Positions 1-11,555 of a DNA stretch of 64,000 bases are shown here, piece by piece. Every line of letters begins with the position of its first letter. Position 1 is the stretch's first letter. The DNA lies in assembly GCA_013416795.1 (NCBI GenBank), contig RQSC01000308.1, forward strand, positions 37,884-101,883, in the 5' to 3' direction. The notes beneath the pieces are model-generated. The model did not search any database and was not told where the DNA came from. It saw nothing but the letters and a program-made list of their open reading frames with translations. The position numbers and the translations under genes are program-made. Origin of the DNA: Prasinococcaceae sp. CCMP 1430. Lineage: Eukaryota; Plantae; Prasinodermophyta.

Positions 1-60
1 GCCCTCGCTCCGCAGCGCCTGCGAGGTGCTCGGGCTATTCTATCGCCTCCGTGCGCGCAC

Positions 61-2649
61 TCAGAGGATGAGGCTGACGGCGCACCCCACAGCGGCGTAG
101 GTGAACGCGATGCCCGCGGCATAGCACAGCGCGCGGAGGACCACGCCCATCCGCCCCACGTTGCCGCTGCCCGCGAAGAGCGCCAGCGTGGTGGGCACCA
201 AGGGGTACACACATGGGCTCAGGGACGCCAGCAGCCCCCAGGGATAGCACAGCATCACTGTGATCGCTCGCTCTGTGGGCGACGCCTTGCCGCAGTCATC
301 AGGCGAGTCCGCCTGCGGCGTGCCAGACGCGTGTCCGCGCAGGGGTCAGCAGACGCGAGCATGCGAGCGTCAGCGTGCGCGCGCGGCGCAAGCGGTGGCG
401 CTGGCAGGGACGCACCTCCGGATCGAGCCCCTTTGCCGCGCGCTCGAGCACCTCGTTCAGCCTCGCAGCCGACAGCTTGCCACGCAGCACCGTCTCTGGT
501 GGTGTGCGGCGCAGATCGCCTTCACCCGCTGCCATGGTGGTCGCTCGCACAATCACGTACGCCGGCATGCCCCCCGCGCCCCATATCTGATCCTTCAGGG
601 TCGCGCATTCGCTCTGCCTGTTCGTGGAGTCACACTTGACGCTAACAAAGTCGGCGTCCAGCGTGGAGACGACATCGGCGTCCGCCAGCGTCGTGTAATC
701 GGCGAAGCGGCAGGTCACGCACCAGTCAGCGTAAAAATCTACAAAGAGCCCCTTTCCAGCCTCGACAGCGCTTTGCGCGCCCTCGTGCGGGTCAGGCTCC
801 CACGCAATGGCGCTCGGGGGCGGATCCAGCAGCCGTCCGGGTGCGCGCGAGAATGGCTCCCCTGTGACAGCAAAGCCCCACACGGCAAAGAATGCAACAA
901 CGCATGCGATGAGCAGCGCGGCGGAAGAGAGGAGCGACCGCGCCGTGAGCTCTCGACGGCGCAGCACGGGCAGGCGGCGCTGCCACTTTCGCGGCCTCGT
1001 GGCCTCAAGAGCGATCATCTCGTCCAGCGGGAGCTCCTCGACCGCGACCCTCCGCAGCAGCGCGCTGCACACAATGAAGACAGCCCAGGCGCCGAAGGAA
1101 GTGGCCATCGCGGCGAAGGCCAGCGTCGCACCGCCGTCCGTGCTCACCAAGAAGTAGGCCGCGCTGATGAGCACGATGAAGCCTGAGTGCACCTTCAGCC
1201 TGTCGAGCCACGGACCAGGCTCGGGCAATCGCGTCACCAGTCCGCTGGCGACGGCCGCGAGAAGCAGTATCGTCGCCAGGCCCATCCCAAAGAGGAACAG
1301 CCCCGCCGCGCCCACCACGTAGTCGCGCGAGGTGGCGACATACACAAGCACGGAGGCGGCGAAGGGCCCCACGCAGGGCGAGACCACCAGACCGAATGTA
1401 CAGCCGCGCGCCAGCGCACCGAGATAGGTGACGCCGGGCTGTTCGGGGGATCGCTGGGAGCGCGCTTTGGAGACGTCGCCCGCCTGTTCAACGTCCTCTG
1501 TGTCCGCCTTGACGCCTCCTCCCGCGGTAGCCGCGCCCTGTCCCGGGACCAGCCTTTTGAGGATGAAGTTGGGGACCTTGAGGTCGAACAGGCCCCACAT
1601 TGACAATGCCATGAGAATGAGGATGGAAAGAACCACACCCAGCACGGCTGGCTGCGCGAGCACTTGGCCGACGTCCGCTGAGCGCGCGCAGCTCTCAAAA
1701 GTGCCGATGCCGTCATCGCGGCTGACGTCACCGCCAGGCAGCCCGCTACCAGCGTCGCCGCCCTCGTCACCCACGCCAAGCAGTGCGCTCAGATTGCCAG
1801 AGCGCGTGGCCAGCTCATACGCCTCCAACTCAGAAAGAGTCGCCACGCGAGTGAGATCGGCGTGGATGTCGTACGCAGGCACGCCCGGCGTATCCAGGAG
1901 GTACTGGTGCCAGCACAAATTTGGGCTGCACGAGGAGAAGGCAACCTCCAGAGGCAGCGTGAGCGTTGCGGCCAAAAGGTCGTCTGTGGCATCGGAGACG
2001 TTCGCGGGAGCAGCGGCCATGGTGCTGGACGCATTGACGACGGCCGCTGCGCGCGTGCACATGCGCGTCAACTCGTCAGTCGGGAGTAGAGCGCGCGACG
2101 CTTGTTCGCACGTACCGCGAAATGAAGTTGAGAGCGCGCGTGCATGCGGACGAGCGCGCGGCAACACACACCTCGGAGCTCATCGACGTCTGCAACCTCG
2201 CCCACGAGTACCCCAACCACCTGTCCGGGTCCCTTGTACTTCGTCGCGTCATAGCTGAAAAAGCGACTCTCGAAGCGCTCCACCAGGGGTAACGGGAAGG
2301 TGGCGAGCGCATCAGCCAGGCCCGCATCGCCGTATGCAGGCGCTCCGATGCGCGCGGCGCGGGCTTCGGTATACGAGTAGCACTGCGGCGCCTCCTCGTT
2401 GGAGCAGTCACGTGGCCCGTAAATGTGGCAGCCCTGCGGCATGCGTAGCCGCACCCACGCCACCACGCGCGCCGCGCCGCCGCTCTCCGAAGCAGCGTAG
2501 TATGCGCCGCCGCCATCGGCGGCCGTCACGCACTCGGCCTCGGCCTCGTACGGTTCGTAGCCCTCTTCGGAGCAGGCGCGCTGCGCCAGCACCGCAGCTA
2601 GCACGAACGCCAGCGCCGCGCATCGCGCGGGCATGCGCGCGCACCGCAT
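61..2649 (-). CDS. dsbD: DsbD-like thiol:disulfide interchange protein, 3 exons (2649-2172, 2046-416, 312-61), ~786 aa, circularly permuted membrane domain
   Basis: Signal-peptide-like N-terminus (AALAFVLAAVLA); alpha-domain motifs LRMPQGCHIYGP and SSCSPNLCW; LMALSMWGLFDLKVP; GLVVSPCVGP; PEPGPWLDRLK; thioredoxin FVDFYADWCVTC; C-terminal GLLASLSPCVYPLVP. GT-AG introns 2171-2047 (phase 1) and 415-313 (phase 0) both contain CTGAC and keep the frame to TGA at 61-63. Confidence 0.85.
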
Positions 2650-3271
2650 GACCGCGCCGCGCCGCGCCAGCGCCAGCGCCGCCGCCGCGCTGCTACGCCA
2701 CGCGCATGGCGTGTGCCTCGCCACACGCGCACGCGCGCGCGCGCGTGGCACGCACCCGGCGCTTCGGGGAATCCCTTAACCCCCTTAAGGGGTGCACCCG
2801 TTTTCGACCGGAGAAGCCGCAAAACTGAACCGGATTAAGCCATACTTGTAACCCGGTGACATGCGTTTCGATCCGGGTCTACGCGCGGGGCGAGTAATTG
2901 CAATTTGCTCGCGCGTTCCCCAAGCGTGCGGACTCGGCACGGCACTGGAGGGCAGGCGCCCCCTCCCGCCTCCCGCCCCCCACTGCCCGCTCTCCTCCAG
3001 CGCGGCGCACCGTTCGACCCAATCCTCGCGCGCGCCCAGCGATCCGACGGCCAGGCGCGCGCGGCCCCTCCCAGTGCGTGGCGCGCTCGCAGCACAGAGC
3101 GCGCACGCGCGCGGGCTGCCGCCCACCGCTGCCTGGCGCGCGTGGGCGCGTGCTCCTCCTCTCCCCCTTCTGCCCTTGCGTGTGCGCGGTCGCGCCGTCG
3201 CAGCGGCGGTGGTTTCGACGGCGATAGGCGCTGCGGTGATACGCGCGCGGCGACTGCCACGCTTGGCACAC

Positions 3272-4549
3272 ATGTCGGAGGTCGAGGGGTGTCCTGGTTG
3301 GTGGGAGTACGAGTCAGAGGAAGGCGTCCCGTACTTTTTCAACGACGAGACCGAGGAGACGCGCTGGGAGCACCCCTCGCTCGCGGGCGACGGCGGGAGG
3401 GTGGCGGGTGACAGCGGTGGTAATGAAAGCGGTGGCGAGCATGCGCTCGACTTGAGCGGTGCTGTAGCGGGGTCTGAGACGCAGCCGCGAGCGCAAGAGG
3501 ATGAGTGGGTAGTGGGCGATGGCGGCGACGGTGGCAGCAGCAGCGGCGATGGCGATGACAAGATGACACAGTTCAAACAGGCTGTCGGCATGCTCAAGTC
3601 GCGCGGCGTCTTTGGTGGCGTCCGGACAGAAGAAATGCGGAGCATTAAGCCCACGCGCAACCGCTTGAGCTCACAATTTTCCGAGTCGAGGGCCATGCTT
3701 GCCAAGCTGGGCATCCTCGACGCGCCCAGTGGCACGGCGGCGCGCGCGGAGATCGAGCAGCGCGTTCCAAACGCTATCACGGAGGAAGACGAGTACGCAG
3801 AGAAACCAAAGGGCGACGAGGAGCAGGAAATGCCCGTGATCACAGAGGGATTCCGAGACGATGAGGAGGTGGACGCGTTGTCAGCGGTGAAGGCCTCGTC
3901 CGCGGCGGAGGCTTCCCCAGCGCCGGCCACCACCGCCACGTCTAACGTCACCAAGTGGGAGCCCATCGGCGTGGAGGCTGTGTCATTTATTTGCTTCGAC
4001 GTCGACGAGCGCACGGTCACAATGCCAATGTGGGCGGCAGGCACCCATGGCAATCTGCAGGTGGGCATGGTGGTGCTCGCCTGGGAGGGCCTGGTGACGT
4101 GGGGCCCCACCTCCAACGATCCTTTCCTGATCCCCTACGAGAACATGGTCATGTGGACGCTCGACCCGACCGATGCTGCGCTCGACATCACCATGGAAGG
4201 CACCTTCGATCCCACGGCACGGAAGCTGAAACTGCTCACTGGCGAGGTCATCGATCTGCGCGTGTGCCTGCCCACGCCCACCGTGGCCTTCGAGCTCTAC
4301 AAGTCGCTGAAGGAGGTGTGCACGCGCGTGGGCAAGGAGAAGCGTGCGCAGCTCGATAAGGAGGCGCTCAGGAGGACCAAGCTGATGGCGGACAAGGTCA
4401 AGACACTCGCACTGGCAGGCATGTCGGGCCGCCAGCGACGTTTGTCCGTCAACGTGAGCGCAAGCGACGCCGCTGCTGACGACGTCGCCGTCGCTGTCAA
4501 TCAGGCCGCCATACTAAAGCAGGCCAGGCGGCAGCTCAACGGACAGTGA
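3272..4549 (+). CDS. WW-domain protein with a possible PH-like C-terminal domain
   Basis: ATG at 3272 opens GWWEYESEEGVPYFFNDETEETRWEHP (WW consensus). The C-terminal beta-rich region followed by a helix is PH-like by inference only. Confidence 0.7.
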   Translation: MSEVEGCPGWWEYESEEGVPYFFNDETEETRWEHPSLAGDGGRVAGDSGGNESGGEHALDLSGAVAGSETQPRAQEDEWVVGDGGDGGSSSGDGDDKMTQFKQAVGMLKSRGVFGGVRTEEMRSIKPTRNRLSSQFSESRAMLAKLGILDAPSGTAARAEIEQRVPNAITEEDEYAEKPKGDEEQEMPVITEGFRDDEEVDALSAVKASSAAEASPAPATTATSNVTKWEPIGVEAVSFICFDVDERTVTMPMWAAGTHGNLQVGMVVLAWEGLVTWGPTSNDPFLIPYENMVMWTLDPTDAALDITMEGTFDPTARKLKLLTGEVIDLRVCLPTPTVAFELYKSLKEVCTRVGKEKRAQLDKEALRRTKLMADKVKTLALAGMSGRQRRLSVNVSASDAAADDVAVAVNQAAILKQARRQLNGQ

Positions 4550-4697
4550 GGCCCCCTCAGCTTCGGGGCGCGTGTGGGCCATGCCAGTGCGCGGATGCAC
4601 GATTGCCGCTCACGCGTTGGCAAGGGTGGTACTGTACAGCTTTCGATCACAGGAGGTGGCGGCGGTCGCACAGCACGCTGCTCATGCTTGGAGACGC

Positions 4698-5493
4698 TCA
4701 GCGCGCGCGTGCTCGGCGCGCCCGCGTGCTCGCGCGCTCGGGCACACTACTGAGGGCCTTGGCCATCGCTGCGACCCCGAGCGCCTGCTCGAGCGTCGGC
4801 TCGAGGTCCTTGCTAAGGATCTGGTACGCGTGCTCGCCGGTGTTGCGGCCATCGGCGCGTGGTGCGATGCGCATCTCAGGGAAGTGCTCCGGCGAGCTCG
4901 CGTCCACAGCGTAGCCCAAGCGCGACATGTAAAAACGCGCGGCCCGCGGGTTGTCGCGAAAGACGGTGAGCATGCAGGCACGCATCCCCGCTCCGGCTGC
5001 GGCTCGCTCGGCTGCGCGCATGAGCGCCTCCCCGACGCCGCAGCCACGCGCGTCCGCGGCCACATGCGCCTCGTACACGTAGCACACCGGCGTCGGCTCA
5101 TCGTTGCGTTCCTCCTCCACAAATCGCACGAGCACGAAGCCGGCGTACGGCGGCCCCGTGCGCGACGCCTCACCCTCGCACTCTGGCGTCGCGTCAGCCC
5201 CGGAAGTTGCCTCGGCGACGAGCAGCCTCGAGTCGGCGTGCCGTATCTCGGCGAGCTTGGCCGTGTCATCCCACCCCCAGGTCGCCTCGTGCAGCGAGCG
5301 GATGCTCTCGTGCATGAGCTCGAGCGCCCAGCGCGCGGCCGCGACGCGCTCGGCCTCGCCCAGCCACCGCACGGCGTGGCCTTCGACCCCCCCCTTAGCC
5401 CCTGCGGCCTCCGCGAGGTCCGCCGCCGACATCGCGTTGGCCACGCGCAGCACGAGCGCACAGCGCTCGCCCGCGCGCCGCCGCTTCGCCGCG
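4698..5493 (-). CDS. NAA40: N-alpha-acetyltransferase 40 (NatD)-like GNAT; 5' end probably in the N-gap
   Basis: SLHEATWGWDDTAKLAEI, GFVLVRF, VCYVYEAHVAADARGCGVG, CMLTVFRDNPRAARFYMSRLGYAVDASSP match the NAA40 pattern. Confidence 0.8.
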
Positions 5494-5818
5494 NNNNNNN
5501 NNNNNNNNNNNNNNNNNNNNNNNNNNNNNNNNNNNNNNNNNNNNNNNNNNNNNNNNNNNNNNNNNNNNNNNNNNNNNNNNNNNNNNNNNNNNNNNNNNNN
5601 NNNNNNNNNNNNNNNNNNNNNNNNNNNNNNNNNNNNNNNNNNNNNNNNNNNNNNNNNNNNNNNNNNNNNNNNNNNNNNNNNNNNNNNNNNNNNNNNNNNN
5701 NNNNNNNNNNNNNNNNNNNNNNNNNNNNNNNNNNNNNNNNNNNNNNNNNNNNNNNNNNNNNNNNNNNNNNNNNNNNNNNNNNNNNNNNNNNNNNNNNNNN
5801 NNNNNNNNNNNNNNNNNN

Positions 5819-8800
5819 CGGCGGCCGCCCGTCGCGGCGCAACGCGTCGCGCGCCGAAAAGGCAAAGGCGCTGCTCGGGGGGCTCGCGGCCGCGCGAGCG
5901 GGCGGCGTGACGCGCGTGGAGCAGTACGAGTACCAGGAGGAGGAGGACGTGTACGACGCGCTCAACGACGAAGAGTACGCCAAGCACGTCGCGGAGAAGC
6001 GCCAGCAGGCCGCGGGATTCGTCGAGGATGACGACGGGTTCGGCTACGCCGACATCGGCGAGGAGGAGGACTGGGGAGCCGGCGGTGGCGTGAGCGCGGG
6101 CGGCGAGAGCGGCCGCGCGCGCGCGCAGAAGCGAGCGCGCGCGCAGGAGGCGGCGGCCGCGCGCAAGAAGGCGGCCATGCCGCAGCCCACCGAGCGTGGC
6201 CGCATCAGTCGCCTGCTCGCCGCGAGCGCTCGCGCCGCGCCAGCGAAACGCAAGGCTGCTGCTGGCGTGGACGACAGCGATGCGCTGCTCGAAGATATCC
6301 TTAGCGGCCTGGGCACCGACGCCGGGGACAAGGCCCGGGTGCGCCAGCAGACGCTCGAGCGCAAGGCCAAGATGGCGGCCGCTGGCTCGATTCCAATCGT
6401 GCAGCCGAAGGCGGCGGTGACGGCAGCGGCACTCACTGCGACGCCGCCCAAGCGCGGCGCCGCGGCTGCTGCCGCACGCTTCGCCAAGTCTCCATCGCCC
6501 CTCAAGGCCCCAGCACCTGCCAATGGCCAAGCCATGGAGGAGCCGCCTGATGGGGCCGAGCCCGCAGATCCTCCCGCGTCGGCTCCTGAGACGCCGGCCG
6601 CGCCTGCTGCCGCTGAACCCTGTGCTGAGCCCGCCGCCGCTCAGCCAGCGCCGGCCGGCGATGCGCAGCCCAGCGCGGCGAAGAAGGCCAGGGTGACCTT
6701 TGCGACGGAGGCGGCGCCCACCGAGAGGGAGTCCGCATGGAAGGCCGCCTGCGACGCCCAGGGGGCATCGCAGGCGCGCGCCGCCGCTGCGGCCGAGGAG
6801 GAGGCCCGCGTGGCCGCGGCGACCACCACCGCCAACAGCAATGACCTCCCCCTCGACGAGGATGGCACGCTCCCGTTCTACTTCACGGACGCCCATGAGG
6901 AGATTTTCTCGCCGGGCACGGTCTACCTTTTCGGCAAGGTGCCCGTTCAACGCACCTTCGTGAGCTGCTGCGTGGCCGTGCGCAACCTGCAGCGCTGCGT
7001 CTTTGTGGTGCCGCGGCAGGGCATGCTCAGCACGCCCGACATTGCCGAGGCACACGCCGCGCTGCAGAAGCAGCAGGCGGATGGCGACGAGGCCGCTGTG
7101 AAGGACGCCAAGCGCACGCTCAACATGGCCCTGCACGGCGCGAGCGCACCCTTCAAGGATGAGCTGCGCGCGGCGCTTAACAAGGCAGGCATCGACCAGT
7201 ACAAGATCAAGTTCGTGCGTCGCACGTACTGCCTGGAACGCGACGATATCCCCAATGGCGAACAGTGGGTAGTCAAGCTCACCTACCCTGCCAGCAACAA
7301 CGCGCTCCCAAGTGACCTCAAGGGCGAGCACATCGCCGCCGCGCTGGGGACGCACGCGAGCGCCATCGAGAACCTGCTCGTCAAGAGGCGCATCATGGGT
7401 CCGAGCTGGCTCGCGCTGAGCAACGCGGAGCGCGTCAACGGCATCAAGGCGAGCTGGTGCACGCTCGAGGTCGACCTCAAGGACAAGAAGGACATCTCCA
7501 GCAAGCCCGCCAAGCACCGTGCCCCGGCGCCCCTCGTGGTTTGTTCGGTCAGCCTGCGCACAATCGTTAATCCGCGCACCAACGCATCGGAGATCGCGGC
7601 CGCGAGCCTCATTACCGCCGGCAGCGTGCGCTGCGACACGACGACTCCGCGTGCCGAGTGGAACACGCCATCGTATCTGCGCCAGCAGACGCTCGTGCGC
7701 CGCCTGGATGGGATGGCGTTCCCGCACGGCTTCGAGAAGAAGGTGTCCGAGGAGAACAGTCGCGGCATGGGCCGCGTCCTCGAGGCGTGCGCGTCCGAGC
7801 GCGCCCTCCTGGTCATGCTGCTCGCCAAGATCGAGAAGCTCGACCCGGACGTCATCGTGGGCCACAACGTGGCCGGCTTCGACCTGGAGGTGATCATGCA
7901 GCGCATGCAGGTCAACAAGGCCCCGCACTGGAGCCGCATCGGCCGGCTGCGCCGCTCGAAGTTCCCGAAGCTTGGCGCCCCAGGCAGCTCGACCTTCGGC
8001 TCCGGTGCGTCGCCAGCCCTCATGTCGTGTGTGGCTGGCCGCCTGCTGTGCGACACCTATCTCGGTGCTAAGGAGCTCTTGCACGAGGTGAGCTACAGCC
8101 TGAAGGCCCTCTCGGAGACGCAACTCGGCGAGACCAAGCAGGATATGCCGCCGTCAGAGGTGGTCAAGTCGTACGAGGAACCCGCGAAGCTGGTGGCTCT
8201 CACCGAGTCAGGCGTCAAGGACGCGTGGCTCTCACTTGCACTGATGTTCCACATGAACCAGCTGCCGCTCACCAGGCAGTTGACGGAGCTGTGTGGGAAT
8301 GTGTGGTCGAAGACGCTCGGTGGGCAGCGTGCCCAGCGCATCGAGTTCCTGCTGCTGCACGAGTTCCACGCGCGCAAGCACCTGGTGCCGGACCGCCTGC
8401 CGAAGTCCGAACGTGAGCGCGTCGCCAGGGCTGCCGGCCTGAAGCGCAGCGGCGATGACGACTTCGACATGATGCCTCCCGACGACATCGAGGCCGACAT
8501 CGGCGGTGGCGGTGGCACCGGTAAAAAGAGCGCGCGCCGTCGCCAGAAGGCGCAATACGCCGGCGGCCTCGTGCTTGAACCAAAGAAGGGCCTCTATGAC
8601 GACTTCGTCATCATGATGGACTTCAACTCGCTGTACCCATCTATCATCCAGGAGTACAACATCTGCTTCACCACTGTGCCGCTTGCGCGCGCGGCCACTG
8701 AAGAGAATGAGGAGGGCGCCGCCGAGGGCCCGCCGCCTCTGCCCGACGCCGATCTCCCTCCAGGCATCCTGCCGCTGACCATCAAGAAGCTGGTGCAGCG

Positions 8801-10665
8801 CCGCCGCGAAGTCAAGAACCTCATGAAGAACGAGCGCGATCAGGGGGCGTACCAACAGCTGCATATCAGGCAGCTGGCACTCAAGCTGACAGCCAACTCG
8901 ATGTACGGCTGCCTCGGTTTCAGCAACAGCCGCTTCTACGCCAAGCCGCTCGCCATGCTGGTGACTTCGCAGGGCCGCGAGATCCTCCAGAGCACGGTGG
9001 ACCTCGTGCAGATAAACATGGGTCTGGACGTGGTGTACGGTGACACAGACAGTATCTTCGTGCACACCGGCAAGTCTGAGCTGCAGGATGCGTACCATAT
9101 CGGGAACCAAATCAAGCGCGAGTCCAACCGCCGCTTCCGCCTGCTCGAACTCGAGATCGACGGCGTGTACAAGACTATCCTGCTGCTGAAGAAGAAGAAG
9201 GTGCGAGCTCTGATGGACCTGCGCGTGCAAGCGTCGCCTGCGCCGCTCGAGTGTGCTCTGACACGACGCGCATCTGCCCCGCATCCATGGCCATCACTCC
9301 CCGGCCGCCGGCGCCTCGCAGTACGCCGCGCTCAAGGTTGAGCCTGTCAAGGGCGGTGGCTACACCACGTCGATGGAGATGAAGGGCCTCGACATCGTGC
9401 GCCGTGACTGGTGCCCGCTGTCAAAGGATGCGGGCAAGTTCGTGCTTCGCGAGGTGCTGTCGGGCAAGGCGCGTGAGGATGTCGTCGAATCGATCCACGC
9501 GCACCTCGAGCGCGTCAAGGAGCAGATGGACGGCGGCAGCGTGCCCCTGGGCAAATACATCATCACCAAGGCGCTCACCAAGGATCCCAAGGAGTACCCT
9601 GATGCACGCAACCAGCCGCACGTGCAGGTGGCGCTTCGCCGCCGCGCGCAGGGTCGGCGTGAGGGCACCAGTGCCGGCGACACCGTGCCGTACATCATCT
9701 GCACGGCCGAGTCCATTGCCAAGCTGGAGGCTGGGCAGACGGAGGGCGGCGAGGACGCAACGGCGGCAAAACCCAAGGCGGGCGGTTCGCTGGCGGAGCG
9801 CGCCCGCCACTTCGAGGAAGTCAGCAAGTCGCAGGGCGCGCTTGAGGTCGACGTGGAGTGGTACAAGACGCAGCAGGTGCACCCCGTGGTGAGCCGCCTG
9901 GTTGCCGTGATCGAGGGCACCGACGCTGCGCGCATCGCGCACTGCCTCGGCCTTGACTCCTCGAAGTTCAACACCGCCACCGTCGGTGCGAGCGCCGCGG
10001 CTGACGACGGCATGGACGCGCTCTTCCTCGACGACGACGCGCTGTACGAGAGCTGCGACAGGCTTGACCTTAGGCCGAGCATGGAATCCGTGCCGTCGCC
10101 GTTTCCGGGCGCCCGCGCTGTGGCACTCGGCGCTTCGGCCAGCGGCGACGACCGCGCGGCATGCGCGCGCACCGTGGAGGGCATCTCGGCGGCCGCGCTG
10201 GCCAACCAGGCGGCGCTGGCGGCGCGCCGCGTGGCGAGGGAATACTACGATGGCTGGCTGCGCGCCGACGACGAGGCTGTGCGCTACCGCACCCGCAACG
10301 TGTGCAGCCGCACAGAAGCGGGCGCCCCGCCCGGCTCGCTTCCCGCGGTGCAGGCACACCAGGTGGCGCTCCTCGGCGGCGCCGACGGCCCGCGCGTGTG
10401 CCGCGAGCGCTCCGAGTCGTCACTCTTCCGCCAGCTGCGCGCGTGGGAGCGCGCACTCGACCCGGCGCGCGCCGTCGAGGCGCTGCCGCAGGAAATGCAG
10501 GCGCAGGGGCGTGACAACCTCGCACGCCACCGCGCGGCGCTCGACGCAGGCAGCCGCGCCGTCGGCCGCGTGCTCGGCGCGAGCGCGTACAACTGGGTGA
10601 GCCTGGGTAGCCTCTTCCCGACGGCGCTCTTCACCCCCGCCGCCGCGGGTGCACAGGTGTGCTAG
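5819..10665 (+). CDS. POLA1: DNA polymerase alpha catalytic subunit; start in the N-gap; intron 9201-9321
   Basis: N-terminal EEEDVYD...GFVEDDDGFGYADIGEEEDW; motifs MDFNSLYPSII, KLTANSMYGCLG, YGDTDS. Splicing restores LLLKKKK|YAALKV, followed by MKGLDIVRRDWC. Confidence 0.97.
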
Positions 10666-11060
10666 AGGAGGCACTAATTGTCGCTGTGCGCTCCTCGTAA
10701 CGCTCTCTTCTGTCTCCTGGCGCGCGCGTCACGTCATTGTCTCCACAGCGCCCGCACACCTTTCACGCGAGCGCCGCCGCCGCACGCGTGCGCGGGCACG
10801 GAAGAGGAGGGAGCGTGCCGTGGGCGAGCCGCTGCTGCTGCTGCTGTTGTTGCTTGTTGTACATTAATGCTGCGGAAGGGGGTCGTGGGTGCGCGTAGCC
10901 TCGCGCGGGGGTGGGCGATGGCGAGCGCGCGTGCATGCCTTCGTGTGCGCTGTAGGCTCGGCACGACTGCGCGTGGCGCAGCAGCTGCCTCGCCACTCGG
11001 GCACGCGAGGGAACCCCCTCGCCTTTTCTCCCTCGCGAATCGCACATGCCATCACTGCCC

Positions 11061-11555
11061 CTACTCGCCGTCTACCTCATCCTCGACCTCCTTGCCGAGT
11101 GCCTTTGCAACGATTGGCGTGAGCGCGACCGTCGGTGGGAATCGGATTGGGCTGGCGGCTTTGTGCGCGACGTAGGCGAGCGCGGCGGTGCCAGCGCGCT
11201 CGCCGCTGCCACCGGCACCTACATCGATGCCCACGCGCGATAGAAGCGCCGCCACGTCCACGCCGTTGCTCACCAGTACGTAAAAGAGCGAGAAGCTCAC
11301 CAGCGAAAGCGAGATGGACGTGATGAGGTACGCGCTGCCGTAGCGCTGCAGGAGCTCCTTGGCGTTGCTCACCTTGGTCGAGCCGTCGTCGTCTTTGCTG
11401 GTGAGCGACTGCCAGAGGCCCGCCTCCAGGCCGTATTTCTGCGTCGTTTCATCGGCGCTCGCGCCGCCACTCTGGCCCCCGCCGCCCTCGCCGTCGCCGC
11501 CGGCCGCGCGCAGACGCTGCCCGCCGTGGGCGCCGCGCGCACGCGCTCTGGTCAC
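11061..11555 (-). CDS. DUF1279/FAM210-like organellar membrane protein; true start not resolved
   Basis: KELLQRYGSAYLITSISLSLVSF...NGVDV...AALAYVAHKAASPIRFPPTVALTP. No in-frame ATG before an in-frame TGA at 11628-11630. Confidence 0.75.
   Translation of the reverse strand: MTRARARGAHGGQRLRAAGGDGEGGGGQSGGASADETTQKYGLEAGLWQSLTSKDDDGSTKVSNAKELLQRYGSAYLITSISLSLVSFSLFYVLVSNGVDVAALLSRVGIDVGAGGSGERAGTAALAYVAHKAASPIRFPPTVALTPIVAKALGKEVEDEVDGE

Noticed and set aside
2773-2792. CCCTTAA-CCCCC-TTAAGGG hairpin / 12-bp palindrome in the DsbD-WW promoter
   Set aside because: Single short occurrence; not distinguishable from chance and no associated element ends.
4572-9341. 1589-aa and 1141-aa ORFs spanning NAA40 and POLA1
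   Set aside because: Read-through of N bases plus antisense shadow frames caused by high GC at third codon positions.
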